Positions 1 to 12,201 of a DNA stretch of 64,000 nucleotides are shown piece by piece (position 1 is the first letter of the stretch; each line of letters starts with the position of its first letter). The position numbers and the translations under genes were made by a program. The stretch is from positions 3,844,001 through 3,908,000 of the forward strand of contig OX337231.1 in the NCBI GenBank assembly GCA_946965045.2, written 5' to 3'. The notes beneath the pieces were generated by a model that ran no database searches, was not told the DNA's origin, and worked only from the letters and a program-made list of their open reading frames with translations. The DNA is from Epithemia pelagica. Taxonomy: Eukaryota; Protista; Bacillariophyta.

Positions 1-1302
1 CAATCGCCATAGAATAGCCGCTGCAATCTCACGGATATCGATGATCGATGGTCCTTCTCGACACGTCGTGCCATCTCAGAAACTCCGCCAGAGTCCCCCA
101 AGGCACGACAACCTTTTGCATAAGACCCATTTTCGAAAGCTCAGAAATCCCGAAAGCTCCGAAATCCCACAGTCCCCAAGCAACGCAACGAGACAATCGA
201 ATCGATAGTCATCACAGTGTACGCCATCTGTCTAGAGGTATAGATCATCATATTGCTCCTGTTGGACGGTGATTCTAGGTCGCTGGCTCGCTCCTGTCCC
301 CCATCCGGCATGGGTCAAAAAAGAGAAGAGGAGAGGTTTGCCACGTGACTATTTGTATGCGACGGAAACCACGAGGGGGTCCGAATGACCAGGCTGTCGG
401 CAATGGGAAAAGACATGAATGATACCAGCGCTCAAGATTTTCGCCAGGCGACGACAGAATCTTTTTTGGCTTTGTTGGCAATCATTATTACGACCATAGA
501 ATATATGGTAATCTTCAAGGACACACTATACGGTGGAACTTTGAACCTTGCCGCATGGATCGATTGGGGTTTGTGCTCCAGTGAAAAAGGCATTCGTCCT
601 CCGTCCCGTGGAATACGAGGGACGACCCCGTTGTTTCAAATTCGCAGTGTTACTAGGGGAACGCGAATGTTTGCGTGCCTCGTGATTGGTGCAAGTTGTC
701 GCTGCGCTTTGGTGGAATGGACACGAGCATGCATCATCCACGTTCCTTGCGTTCCAGAAGAAACACGATCCACAAAAGTTCATCAGCATTCATCCCATCG
801 AAACCTTCCAGTAGAAATACTTTTGACTCTATACAGAGCAATCTCATGGAGCGCCACAAAAGGCTTGTCTACGTATGTATCCCATGGATACGAACTATTC
901 GACCATGGAGTACAAGCTACCGGTAGTGAGGTAAAGGTGCGGTTCATGTCTCACGCAACAGTGTCCTCTCTCTTGCTTCCGAATCCTGCTCTTTCGAGTC
1001 GCGCAGCACGAGGCACACGTCTCACGTCTCGTCCACCGCGCGTGGACTTGCGACTTCTGGAACGCTTTGGCGTTCACCTGTAGTATTTCTATGAAACCAT
1101 ATATGTATGAGTAACTATAGAGCCGATGGAGGAGTACAGAAAAAGGATAGCGCTCATGTTCACACAGAATTCGTCCATCATCATCCTCGCAAGAGAGACG
1201 AGAGATGGATCGACTTGGTTTGCCTCTTGATTCTATTATTATAGTTTCTCTCACCCTCGTTCCAGACGTACTCTCTCTGTCGATCCGTATCATCCCACCA
1301 CC

Positions 1303-3276
1303 ATGACAACAAGTACCACTTCCAACCACAACAACGACCAGCAAGACAGTAGTAGCATGAGTAGCTTTGAAGAGATTAGCAACGGCTGGAAGGATGACAA
1401 CAACGCCGAGGAGCAGGACGAAGAAGACGAAGAAGACGAGTATCACTATGAATACGAAGAGGATGATGAAGATCCCAATGAAAGTGAGGATGATGAGGAC
1501 GGAATGGAACCACCACCAGACGACAACCACAACAACAACGTGGCTGCAGACACACACCACGAATCTGGAGGAACCGAGAGTCCGGCTGTTCCACGAGTCC
1601 AAGTGATTTGGAATCCCAACCACCAGCACGGAATTCCCTTTTACAAGGAGGAGGAGGAGGATGGCAAACCTGCCGCCCGCTCTCCACTGGCAGCGGTTGC
1701 GGTTGCCACGACAAATGTACCTGACCACCCAACGGCATGGACGACCCGTGGTGGTGGTGGTGGTGGTGGTGGTGGTGACTCGTCCTCCTCGGTGGCCTCC
1801 TCCTCCTGGACCAGCGTTGGTGGTGGTGATCCACGAGACCTGGAATCGAGTAGCCAAACTTCCGCAAGTGTCGCCTCTTCGTTTGTTCCGGTACAACGCC
1901 TGAATGCCCTGCAACTCGGTACTGAGGATGCAACAGGCGGCGTGTCATCGGTGGCCTCTAATTCCTGGAGCTATCCGTTTCCAGGGTCCACGGACGGCGA
2001 TGGTTTTTCCATTACCAGCAATGGTACCGTGGTGTCGGGCTTTGATCTGTTGAATTTGAATGGTCAAGTGATGCGACGATGTCGCTTCGATGGCTATTGC
2101 AATCCCCCCGATGCCACCTCGTGTCGCGCCTGTGGCGCCGCCTTGGTGGCCAATCCCAATGTCGAAATGGATGCCCAAATTGCTCATCATTTGCAACATC
2201 AAGAACAAGTTCAAGCCGACAAGCAAGTGTTGGCCCAGGAACGACACCGTCAAACGTGGTCGAGTCAAGGTGTCTTTGATCAAGCTCGAATTTGGCAGAC
2301 CGAACTGCACAAGTATCTGGACGACAATTTTGCCACACGGGTTCATTTTTGGACCACGATCCGGACCGGTTGGGCGGCACGTCCGCGCCACAACCAGAAC
2401 CAGAACCAGAACCACAAGCCCTATCAGTTCATGCCGCGCGTCGATACAGTCTTGGCCATGTCCAACTTTTTGGAGTGTGCCAAGCAACGGTATACACCGC
2501 AGGAACTTGTCAACGCCAACACCAACCACCCTGGGCTTGCCCCGCTGATGAACCACCACACGGATGCCACTGATGCCACACCGCGGTGTTTGCCCATGTT
2601 TGTGGCCTACGTGTACACCAACAAGGGCGACTGGCCGGGTCAGAATCATGCGACGATTGCATCCTGGTTGCAACAGCAGCAGCAGCAGGAATCCAATACT
2701 ACTAGTAGTAGTAGTAATAGTTTGCTGTCGGTCTTGACGTGTCCTCTCCAAGCCTACGAGTATTGGAAGCAGCAACAAGGCTCGACGTGGTGGGGTGCCG
2801 TATCACTGGCACCCATTGAAGAAGAAGATGATGATGATGACACAACAAAGAATGCTTCGTGGGCCACTGGACAAGCACAAGCGTCGCCATGTCCTGCTCT
2901 GGGATGGATGGTCTTGGTCGCACCGGGCCGACAGCACTACCGACAATTTACGGTTCCCCGCAAACAAACTGAGACGTCCTCGTCGTCCTCCTCTCCCTCG
3001 TCGTCGTCACCGGCAGAGAACCATACGGCAACCACCACAGGTTCCGTCCACGATGCACCGAGCACCGCCACACGGACGGCAACTTCTATGCCTCCTCCTC
3101 CTTCATCTTCCTCCATGGTCTTGTCCACCAATACTCGCAATCGGTTTCATCACGCCCATTCGGCTCAGGCGCCCGTGGTGGGCGGAACTGTTCCCGGTTC
3201 CGTGCCACCTCAAGCCGAGGAGGGCAACAACGACACGACACTCTGGAGTGGACCTCTTCCCGCCGCATGGGCCAGC

Positions 3277-3307
<31 letters not shown>

Positions 3308-4572
3308 CAACGGCCAATGCCGCTTCGGCTACAAGCACGACCTCGGACGATTCCACGCCTTCGTCCCACACACAACAAGACTTTACCGTGACCACAGTGG
3401 AGGGAGAACAGGCCGTCTTGCCGCTCCTTTGCTTTGATGGGTCCTTGCGTCACACTGGCGAAACGAAACGTTTGGTTCGGGCGGTCGAGCAAGTGTGTTT
3501 GGACTTTTTGACCAGTGCCGGAATCATGCAACCTCCACCACCACCATCCTCTCGCTCAAGAGCAACAACGACGACAACAAGTGCAACAGGCTTCAGCTTT
3601 GCCCCCTTCTCCTCGTCAACTGCACTTCTTCCATCCATCTCACAAGCCGTCTCGGACGCCGTGGCGCAATCGCAACCGCAACAGCAACAACCAAAACCTC
3701 AAGGACACACCACCACCACGACTACCACTGCGTTCTCCTCTCCTCAAGCATCCTCTTCTGCTCCAACCGCATCCTCGAGTTTGAGGACGGCGCGTGCCAT
3801 GTCTCCCATGACGGCCACCACACAATCCTTGAATCAGTTGAATCTTGCCGCCCATCAGCAGCAGATGCGCACCAACAACAACAACAATCCAGGTGGTAGC
3901 AGCATGCCATTGGAGGAAGAGGGAAATCCAAGTCCTTGCAAGAAACTCCATGTCGATAGTGGTTCAATGGATGCCATGGCCTCTGGTGGCAATGTTCAGA
4001 ATAATACCACCGCACAGACGACCCGTGTCGCTTCCAATGCCGCAGCGACCAGGACTGGGCATTCCAACGACCCACCTATTACTTCAACAACGACGACAAG
4101 TCCGAACGTTTTTGGAAATAACGAGGATCCTCCATACTTTGAAGTGGATGGATGGTACATGCAATACTGTCCCGTCTGTGATCAAATCATCCCAGCCTTT
4201 ACTCCTTGTCCCAATGGTTGCCATCTCTTTTTTCAAGATCAGCCACATGAGACCACAACTGCAGTCCCCGACACGACAGCGGGGACAAGCACCGCAACCA
4301 ATAACAACAATGGTAATGTGGTAACAGGCCCGTCTACGGACATGGCCACTGATCCTTCTCCCACTACAGGTGCCACCGATACGGTTCAATCCTCTCATTC
4401 CACGGCTCCTCCCACTGAACCTTTGACATTCTTGCCGGGTGCACCTGCGGGGTTGACCCAGATGTGGACTGCCACACAACCAACTACTACAACCAATGGG
4501 GCAGATCTTGCTGCCACGCCTGCAACGACCGCAGGCCAACCATCCCTCTTGACATTGCAGCCAGGGTGTTGA
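1303..4572 (+). CDS. Low-complexity protein with a RanBP2-like Zn finger, a degenerate ART-like domain and a C-terminal Cys4 motif; 3' end truncated by the MITE (native stop would be at 5196-5198)
   Basis: 1089-aa ORF starting at ATG. CRRC..NPPDATSCRAC zinc finger; DAQIAHHLQ motif; block-by-block similarity to the ART domain at 5827 (FVAYVYT~DIGYHWT, VLPLLCF~CIPLLYF); CPVC-x9-CPNGC near the end. The stop codon lies inside the MITE left TIR. Confidence 0.8.
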
Positions 4573-5092
4573 AGTTAAGAAAATTCAGATGAGAATTAAC
4601 TTTTGACTTAAAGCTTGACAATGAATGGACATGCAACTTAACTTCATTTTAGAAACTCGGAGATCAATAAAGGCAACTTAACTTGAAACTTGGAAGTCAG
4701 CTCTTGGACCACACAAACTTGAACTCTCACATTTCAACTTTCCCAAAAGATCCGCAACTTGACTTTTTCACAAGGAAAAGAGGCCTAAAAGTCAACTTGA
4801 AGTCAGAAACTAAGTTATTGACTTCCACGATAATGCTAGAAGTCGCAAGAAACGGTGGACGGTCAGAGTTCACAACTTGACTTCATGAAAAACATTAAGT
4901 CAAAGTTGAAAATAAAAGTTGTCAATTGAACTTGAATGTAATGAAGTTACTCATGGTGCTCTCTAACTTGATTTCACTGTAAAAAGTCATGGAATCTCGG
5001 TTGGAAATTGACTTGACTTTCATGGAATAAGTCAAAAGTTGGTAATTTCAGTTTAAAAGTTAAAGACAGTAAAGTCGAACTTCAACACCCTG
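4562..5092. mobile_element. hAT-type non-autonomous DNA transposon (MITE), 531 bp
   Basis: Perfect 15-bp TIRs CAGGGTGTTGAAGTT (4562-4576) and AACTTCAACACCCTG (5078-5092). 8-bp TSD ATTGCAGC at 4554-4561 and 5093-5100. AT-rich interior with about 20 AACTT/AAGTT pentamers and no transposase ORF. Confidence 0.93.
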
Positions 5093-5826
5093 ATTGCAGC
5101 TCCAACAACATGAACAGCAGCAGCAGCAGGTCGAATCCACACACATCAGGACGTCTCAGGACACACCAGGATGGCGTGGACGAGGAATGGCAGGATGAGA
5201 TTGTGTCACTGGAACCAATGGGGCGCAAACGTACCCCATAAGCGTCCGTGCAAGAAAAACCTTGTACTTCCACGGATCATGCATCTCAAGGTCCTCCTCC
5301 TTGATGACACACAAGTTTCAAACATGTCTATCCGTCATGGCAAAAGTTCATGATGTCGATCGTTCCACCCAAGAATTCTAGTATATCCAGGATAGCCCCA
5401 GTGGGCAGTGCAGTGACTCACCTCAGTCACGGTTAAAATAGACTTCATCCCTTTTGAATGTTTTCGTGCAAAACAGAAACGTCTCAACCGATGGAGACAT
5501 ACCCAGTAACACTATACGCCATGGTAGAATCGAGCGGACATGAGCAGAGAGTGTGTCCATTGCCAGAAGGAGAGCTGAAAAGAATGCACTAAATCCACTC
5601 GCTCATGTATGCGACAAAAAACATGGAGGAATGGCAAAAATCCTTTGTCCAACGAAACGAATGAAGAACAAAACTCTTGCTCCCTCTCGCGATGATCCCC
5701 CGTGTCAAGTTTTCGTGCGAAACCAGCCGCCTTGGTCGAGTGGTTCGGACCTTTGCTCATGATGGTCTCGGTTCCTGGGTGTCCAGGGATTCGAGTCCGC
5801 TGTGATAGGGTGGTTGGGAGGGCTAG

Positions 5827-7827
5827 ATGTGGGGCCCGAAAAAGCGGTTCGTCTATGTGGCCCCTTGTCACAAGCGGGCTGTCCCCCCGCTCCATGATTC
5901 CGAGTGTCATGGCGCCAGGGCAGTCGGTCGGCGTCACGTTGCGACGTGCGGAAGAATAGATCTCAACCAAGTTTTCGTGCGAAGAAATCTTTTCCAGAAA
6001 AGTCTCATCCTTCAAGACCAACGAAATTATACCTCTACGGAACACAGCAGTCGGTACATCCAATTGAATTGGAGTGTTGTCGATCGAGATTGCCAAAGGG
6101 AAAAAGGTTTGCATCATCCAAGAATCATCAACGTTCGCCTCATGTATGCGACAAGAACAACCAACGTCCAAAATCGATACCTGGTGGAACCACCACAGGG
6201 AGAACCAACTTCGTGGCACAAACACTGGCGTTCGAACAGCAAGGAACGTCAGCAAGAGATTGTAAATCTCGTGAATGATGACGATGATGATAGTAGCTGT
6301 GGGTCCATCGCTGCGGCACGTCACCGTCGTCCTCGTCGTGGTGATTGTCGTACCCTGGAGGAGGACGAAGCACTTGCCCGAGCCCTTGAAGCATCCCTCC
6401 AGGATGATACATTGTCCAAGAGACTGTCGGACAACAAAGAAGAAGACGAAGACGATGAAGACGATGACCAAGTGCAGGTCATTCACGTTGGCTCGAAGCG
6501 TGAGAGAAGAGCAATCGAGGAACAAGAGCAATACGAGTCAGATTTGGCTCAAGCTCTTGAAGCGTCACTGGATGATAATGGAACGGGTCACACGAAGAAA
6601 ATTGTTGCTGTCAAAAAGTTTCACGCTCCCAAAGACCGCGCATTAACTCACAAATCATCCAAACAGCCTTGGAATGTTCCTGTTGGACCGAACATCTACC
6701 CCGACTGCACAATTCTTGCATGCACCAAGAAACCGTGTCAGGAACTAGGCCGATATTATGCCAGTGATGAGGACTATGCCAGAGCTGTACAGGAGGAGCT
6801 CCAGCTCATTCAGGACCACAAGAACAAACTGGACGAACTGGAAATGTCCACTTCGCACATTGGCCGAGCCTGGCAATTGGTCGAACAAGTCTGGAACCTC
6901 CCAAAAACAGGCCTACATGACGAAACGTCGACTCCACCAGCATCTTCAGCCTCGGTCGTATCCGCATCGTTCACATTTTCCATGACTCCAGTTGCTGTCG
7001 ATGACATGGTTCCCATGGCGGAAAAGTTGATTGCGACACAAGACGAGTTTCGTCGTCAAGGCAAGCCAGTGCATGTGGACATTGGTTATCATTGGACGAG
7101 ACCAGAGAATATGACTCGGATCCAAACCGATGGCTTACTCACCAAAGCCGAACGCGACTCCAAAAAGATTCACGCTCACTACAATGGTTCGTCTCTTGGT
7201 GATGGTATCTATACGGCCAGTGATCCGTACTCGTTCTGCAGTAGCTTTGGCTCCACTGGCATCCTGGTGGCCCGTCTCAAGGGCGTCCAACGCCAGCATG
7301 TTGGCCGCCATTCTGGAGGAGATACAGTGGTGGGTAACGCCGGTATGGTGCACGTGTTGGCCACATCGGGTCAATGCATCCCTCTCTTGTACTTTTCGGC
7401 CGACCAGATCAACTGGTCGAATCGGAACTTTGGTGGCAATTTGGCTGTTCACCAGTATCATGTCAAGCTTCAAGAAATTGTCGACTTGTTTCTCAATCAA
7501 GATCCATCCTCATGTGGTCGAGATGCAACCACTGGCCATGATTCCGAAGACACTCCGAGAAACAACGGCACTGCTGTTGCCAAACTATTGTGCTTACAAG
7601 ATGCCCAGGCACATTTTCAACAGCTAGAGCAGAAGCGTTTACAGAATCTCAAGGCCGCGCCTCCACCACCACCAGCAGCAGCAGCAGCAATAGCAGCAGC
7701 AGCAGCAGCAGCCAATCCTTTGGTAAGTGGTTCCGGAAGGGGAACAATTGCTGCTTCGGTCCAAGCAAAGAAGGCAACCACCGGCAAAAGTTCACGATCC
7801 AAACGAAAGCGTCGACGAAGGCGATAA
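5827..7827 (+). CDS. PARP-like (diphtheria-toxin-fold) ADP-ribosyltransferase with UIM-like motifs; true start uncertain
   Basis: 666-aa ORF with GYHWT (His strand), GSSLGDGIYTA (Tyr motif) and HVLATSGQCIPLLYF (final strands). UIM-like EEDEALARALEASL and ESDLAQALEASL; basic C-terminal tail RSKRKRRRRR. Confidence 0.8.
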   Translation: MWGPKKRFVYVAPCHKRAVPPLHDSECHGARAVGRRHVATCGRIDLNQVFVRRNLFQKSLILQDQRNYTSTEHSSRYIQLNWSVVDRDCQREKGLHHPRIINVRLMYATRTTNVQNRYLVEPPQGEPTSWHKHWRSNSKERQQEIVNLVNDDDDDSSCGSIAAARHRRPRRGDCRTLEEDEALARALEASLQDDTLSKRLSDNKEEDEDDEDDDQVQVIHVGSKRERRAIEEQEQYESDLAQALEASLDDNGTGHTKKIVAVKKFHAPKDRALTHKSSKQPWNVPVGPNIYPDCTILACTKKPCQELGRYYASDEDYARAVQEELQLIQDHKNKLDELEMSTSHIGRAWQLVEQVWNLPKTGLHDETSTPPASSASVVSASFTFSMTPVAVDDMVPMAEKLIATQDEFRRQGKPVHVDIGYHWTRPENMTRIQTDGLLTKAERDSKKIHAHYNGSSLGDGIYTASDPYSFCSSFGSTGILVARLKGVQRQHVGRHSGGDTVVGNAGMVHVLATSGQCIPLLYFSADQINWSNRNFGGNLAVHQYHVKLQEIVDLFLNQDPSSCGRDATTGHDSEDTPRNNGTAVAKLLCLQDAQAHFQQLEQKRLQNLKAAPPPPPAAAAAIAAAAAAANPLVSGSGRGTIAASVQAKKATTGKSSRSKRKRRRRR

Positions 7828-7906
7828 GACATCAGCGCTGCTGTTTGGTGGGAACCACCGGCAAAAATTCACGATCCAAACGAAAGCGTCGCTGTTTGGT
7901 GGGAAC
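7776..7906 (+). repeat. Short direct duplication (period 77 bp) spanning the ART stop codon
   Basis: AACCACCGGCAAAA(G/A)TTCACGATCCAAACGAAAGCGTCG at 7776 and 7853; CTGTTTGGTGGGAAC also occurs twice. Confidence 0.85.
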
Positions 7907-8646
7907 TTGGCATCATTCGATGGCGAGGATATGATTCGATCATCGATCCAGTGGATATTATATTGTGTTATAAGGTCGATATTTGTAGCCTCATTGCAAA
8001 TTGAACCAGTCTGGTTTGTTTTGAGACTTTCATTCTTTATGATTGTCTTCTCTGTTTCGTTCCTCGCGCTGACTTGTTTGGTTGCCTCTTCGCTTTCCAA
8101 TGAGAAGAACCACTTGACCAGAGCGCTGGTTTGGCGAAGGGAAAACGAGAGAATGAAATGGTCGGCTTGCGCTAGATGGGCGAGTATGCGTCAGGGTAGA
8201 GCCTGGCGACCAACCCAACCTGTTGTTCTCCACAATAGCACCCAGACGACGAGAAAAGAAATTCTGGATGTGAAAAAGGCAACGACACGAAAGAAGAGAG
8301 ACTGTACCGTCCGTGAAGGGAAGAGGAGGAGTTTCCTAGAGAAAATACTTTGATCAGATGTACCGCGCTTCGCATTTTCCAGGTGTACGTCAGCAATGGT
8401 GAAACGATTTACTCCTTGGAAGCTTTTCCATCATAGATACCACCGGTAACGCTACAGCAATGCATCATACTCACTCATTACATTCTATTATTATGTAAGA
8501 ACTCTTATTAGAGTCTCCTCGCAAAACCACAAAAGAGGAGCCTCCACGTTCTTTTGATGTTCAATGAGTTCATGATCTCGCTACGATCAGGAATCCAATC
8601 TGCAAGATCCCATACACAGACAATCCATCCAGAGCTTGTAATGCTT

Positions 8647-10230
8647 TTACTTGCCATGCGCATCCCATACAAATCCAATCTCCTCCAACATCAAAATGCG
8701 ATCAACTGTCAATGAACTCGATTCTTTGCCTTCTTGTCGCTGCTGGTACTCTTGCCGTTGCGTTTCCACCCACTGACTCAGCTCCTTGTTTACAGAGTCA
8801 TCTTGTAGGACATTGCAGTGCCCGTGCATTTCTTTGAACTTTTTCAGTTCCTCGTATCGTTTCATCCATGTGCTTCCCCGTGTCCGTGTATCCCAAGAAA
8901 ATCCAATCTTCTCCAACATATCAACGCGCCAATCTGTCATTCTTTTCGTTTCTTTGCCTGCTTGTCGAAGTCGGTATGCTTCACGTTGTTTATACACCCA
9001 AAGACCCAGCTTTTTGTTTGGAGGGTACTGTTTGGGGACATTGCAGTGTCCATTACTTTGTTGGAACTCTTTCAATTCCTCGTATCGTTCCATCCATCCA
9101 CTTTCCTGTGGTTTCCAGACAAATCCAATCTCCTCCAACAGGGCAATGCGCTCAGCAGTCATTGCGCTTGATTGTTTACCTTTTTCTTGAAGTCTGTATT
9201 CAGTGCGTTGTTTATGCACCCACGTGCCTAATTCCTTATTAGCAGAGTCGTCTGAGGGGACGTTGCAGTGCCCGCGAGTTGCTTTGAACTGTTTCAGTTC
9301 CTCGTATCGTACCATCCACGTACTGTCCGGTACGTTCCAAACAAACCCAATCTTTTCCAACAAATTGATACGGTCGTCTGCCATAGGACTGACCTTTCCT
9401 TCTTTCCTTTTGCGGTAATCTCGTCTCTGTCTATCCACCCAATGCCCAAGCGAAGGGTTCTCCATGTACCGTTGTGGTACCATGCAATGGCCATTTTTCT
9501 TCTGAAACTGTACCAATTCTTGGTATCGAGTATTCCAAACAGTTTCTTTTGCGGAGTTTTTGGTAGTAGTTTCTGCGTCTTTGTATCCAAACAAATGAGC
9601 TTGTGAGCCTTACTGTTCCCATGCTGCATTCTGACAAGAACCCCTGCACAAAAGAGAAACACTTACTTGTTTCAGAAATCTCAGTGAGTGGGTCCCCGCC
9701 ATGCGAGTTTGCGGCATGTTCGGACTTCTTAGTTGTAGTTTCTACAAACAAATGAGATAAGCCTTGCTATTCTCATGCTGTATTTGTACAAGAACCACTG
9801 AATCAAAGAGAAACACTTACTTGTTTCAGAAGTCTCAGTGAGATGGTCCCCGTCATGTGAGTTTACGGCACTTTCAGACATCGTAGTTGTAGTTTCTAGG
9901 TCTTTTTATACGAACAAATGAGATAGTGAGCCTTGGTATTCCCATGTTGTATTCGGACAAGAACCACTGCATCAAAGAGAAACACTTACTTGTTTTAGAA
10001 GTCTCGTCAGTGAGTTCGTCCCCGTCACGTGACTTTGCGGCAAATTGGCGGATTAGTCTCCAGTTGTGCTTCGTGGTCAATAACTTTGAAAAGAGGCCAA
10101 TCCGTGGTGTTGTGCCATGATTGCCTTGTGGGGACAAATGAACAACGGAACGTTGAACAATAGGCTGATAAAGTGACGTTTTAGCCAGCGTTCGAATGGC
10201 TAACCATCGTGCTTGTCGATGAAATAGCAT
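8647..10230 (-). CDS. HA-repeat protein HA1 (4 helicase-associated domains) with predicted mitochondrial presequence, 438 aa, 4 exons
   Basis: Exons 10230-9990, 9895-9821, 9741-9667 and 9572-8647; GTAAGT donors, YAG acceptors, 1317 nt in frame. Repeats W..RY.EL..F...GHC.VP.....LG.WV..QR..Y...R...L..IGF.W (Pfam HA pattern). No D/E in the first 68 residues. Confidence 0.88.
9555..10045 (-). repeat. Three tandem exon+intron units (periods 169 and 154 bp) in HA1
   Basis: Donor GTAAGT begins (minus strand) at 9989, 9820 and 9666; the units are clearly homologous. Confidence 0.9.
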
Positions 10231-10659
10231 AATGTTGTTTTCTTTGAACTGGTGATCGAAGCTTGTCTTGTCTTCTGTATGTGTACAAAGAGCATTTATG
10301 AGCTTTGGTTTCCCCGTGGTTGTAACACTGTGGCCGAGGGATGCTCGTCGATATCAATCCAGCTTTGAGCTTACATGAAAACTTGGTGGTCGATATCTAT
10401 CAAGAAAACTTGGTTCAGTCCACTTCAGTCACGACATGTGGATCCCGCGCGAGCATCGCGTAAACGAAACGACCGGTAAGCACCTTTGCTCGAAGAAGTC
10501 GTGGGCTAGCATAAGGCATTCGTCACTGTCATTTCTTGCTTTTCCTCTCCATCATCATATTTCGTGCTGCTCTGTCACACTTTACTGGTGCATACTGTCA
10601 TTCCTACTCCTTTTCTGGATCATCATGTTCCGTGTTCCTCTGTCACACTCTTGCGAAGC

Positions 10660-11525
10660 ATATGAATTGTTTTGTTTGTCGAGACCTTCTCCAAGTTCCA
10701 CCAACGGACCAGAATCTCTTGACGGAACTGGGGTTGTTCGGCCATGAACCCAAGAATCTGCGTGCTAGATCAAAGTCTTCTTCTTTTTCCTGTCGTCGAA
10801 TCAAGACGGCCGCCTGATTGGGATCTTCCAGTGGATCCTTTTAGGTGCGTGATTGTTGGTTTCGTCGGTTTTGGACAAGGTCGGCGATTCGACCAACTAG
10901 AGTGCTGGGTGGTTGCAGGACGATCGTTTTTTGGCTCATAGCAAGTGATCGAGGTATACCGGGTCAGATTTTGAACGAGAATGGGACCGGCACGTACGGC
11001 ATAGACACAAGCCTTGGGAGGCCACGGCCGAGTAGTACCAGAAACAACAGCTGCTGCTGAGGTTTCGTCAAGATTGTTGCTGTTGTTGTTCGGTAGGACG
11101 CAATCTCCGGCGGCATAGACAAAGAGACACAAAATGAATTGTTTGGTGAAATGAACGGCAACCCATCCTTCAGAAGTATCGTTCAGCCATGGATCGTTGA
11201 GATGGTCGTTGTTTTGCAATAGTACGAAGACATGAGGGTGTAATCCATCCAACCTCCATCGAGATGCCGGAGTCATATGGCCAATTCAACACCGGCCACA
11301 CCGCGGCTCCCACACCAATTATCCGTAGTGGTTTCTTGTCGAATGATTGCTTGTTGTCGGGCGTCTTGCAAGCGTTGGATAAGGGCCGTAATGGGTAGAG
11401 TGGGAATGGTATACTCTTGTGGTCCTGGAATGACATGCCAGTCACGACTAGCACTGCCCACATCGAGCGACAGGACATCAAACGGAATGGTTTGTGAAGT
11501 GCTGGTAGAATTGGAATTTGCCACA
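10660..11525 (-). pseudogene. Fragmented FAD oxidoreductase copy (OR-A)
   Basis: Pieces PFDVLSLDVGSAS..., WPPKACVYAVRAGPILVQNL and ENDPLEDP... lie in different frames with large deletions relative to 28296-30203. Confidence 0.85.
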
Positions 11526-11994
11526 ACGGAATGGGGAAAAGGCCGTCACCGGCAAAGGTGCACAATCCAACGCGTCAACAAAGACGTTGAAGTATCAGTG
11601 ATTCTGTCTGCTGGGATCTTGTTTGATTCCATCATCAATTCATTGGATATTGTGTTGAAAGGTCGAAATACGCAGCGTTTTTCCAAACTGAACCATTCTT
11701 CTTCTTCCCTCGTGTTGTGTTTGTGTTGCAACTGTCATTCTTTAGAGTATAATAGTCCTCTTCGTTTCTTTCCTCGCTTTCTTGTTTGGTTGCCCCTTCG
11801 TTTTCAATAAGAAGAGAACCTTGACCCGGAGCGCTGGTTTGGCGAAGAGAAAACGAGAGACGGAAGTGGTCGACTTGCGATGAGTGGGCGAGTATGCGTG
11901 CTGGTAGAGCCCGGCGACCAACCCAACAGCGAGTCGCACACTAAACGAAAACGACAGACAGTGAAGATGGAATCCACCTTGGGGAATCTCAGTT

Positions 11995-12201
11995 GTGCTG
12001 TGTCTGCTTGAAACAAAGGTTACTCTTGACTGGGACTTTCTAGAGTACGATGGAGGCCATTTGACAGAATTTGCTGGTTACAATTGCCGTGACTACTCCA
12101 ACACCGTCCCAAACCCGTCCAGCGCCATGCGGAATCACCGCAAATGCGGTCTTTGTGTGCGTACGACGCCATTCCAAAACGATACAATCAATGAAATATA
12201 A
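11995..12201 (+). pseudogene. Disrupted copy of the BED-finger-like ORF at 25603-25983
   Basis: Near-identical to 25690-25900 but with CRDC changed to CRDY and a premature TAA (CAA in the other copy). Confidence 0.4.

Noticed and set aside
385-1083. 232-aa ORF at the window start
   Set aside because: No recognisable motif or coding-like composition. A decayed element cannot be excluded but cannot be supported.
895-1914. 339-aa minus-strand ORF and similar antisense ORFs (e.g. 1945-2778, 5512-6531, 37807-38607)
   Set aside because: These are shadows of low-complexity sense genes (poly-V/C/T translations of trinucleotide tracts) with no domain.
9555-10045. Regularly spaced repeats as a CRISPR array
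   Set aside because: The units are 154-170 bp with no short repeat/unique spacer pattern and no cas genes. They are fully explained as exon+intron duplications.
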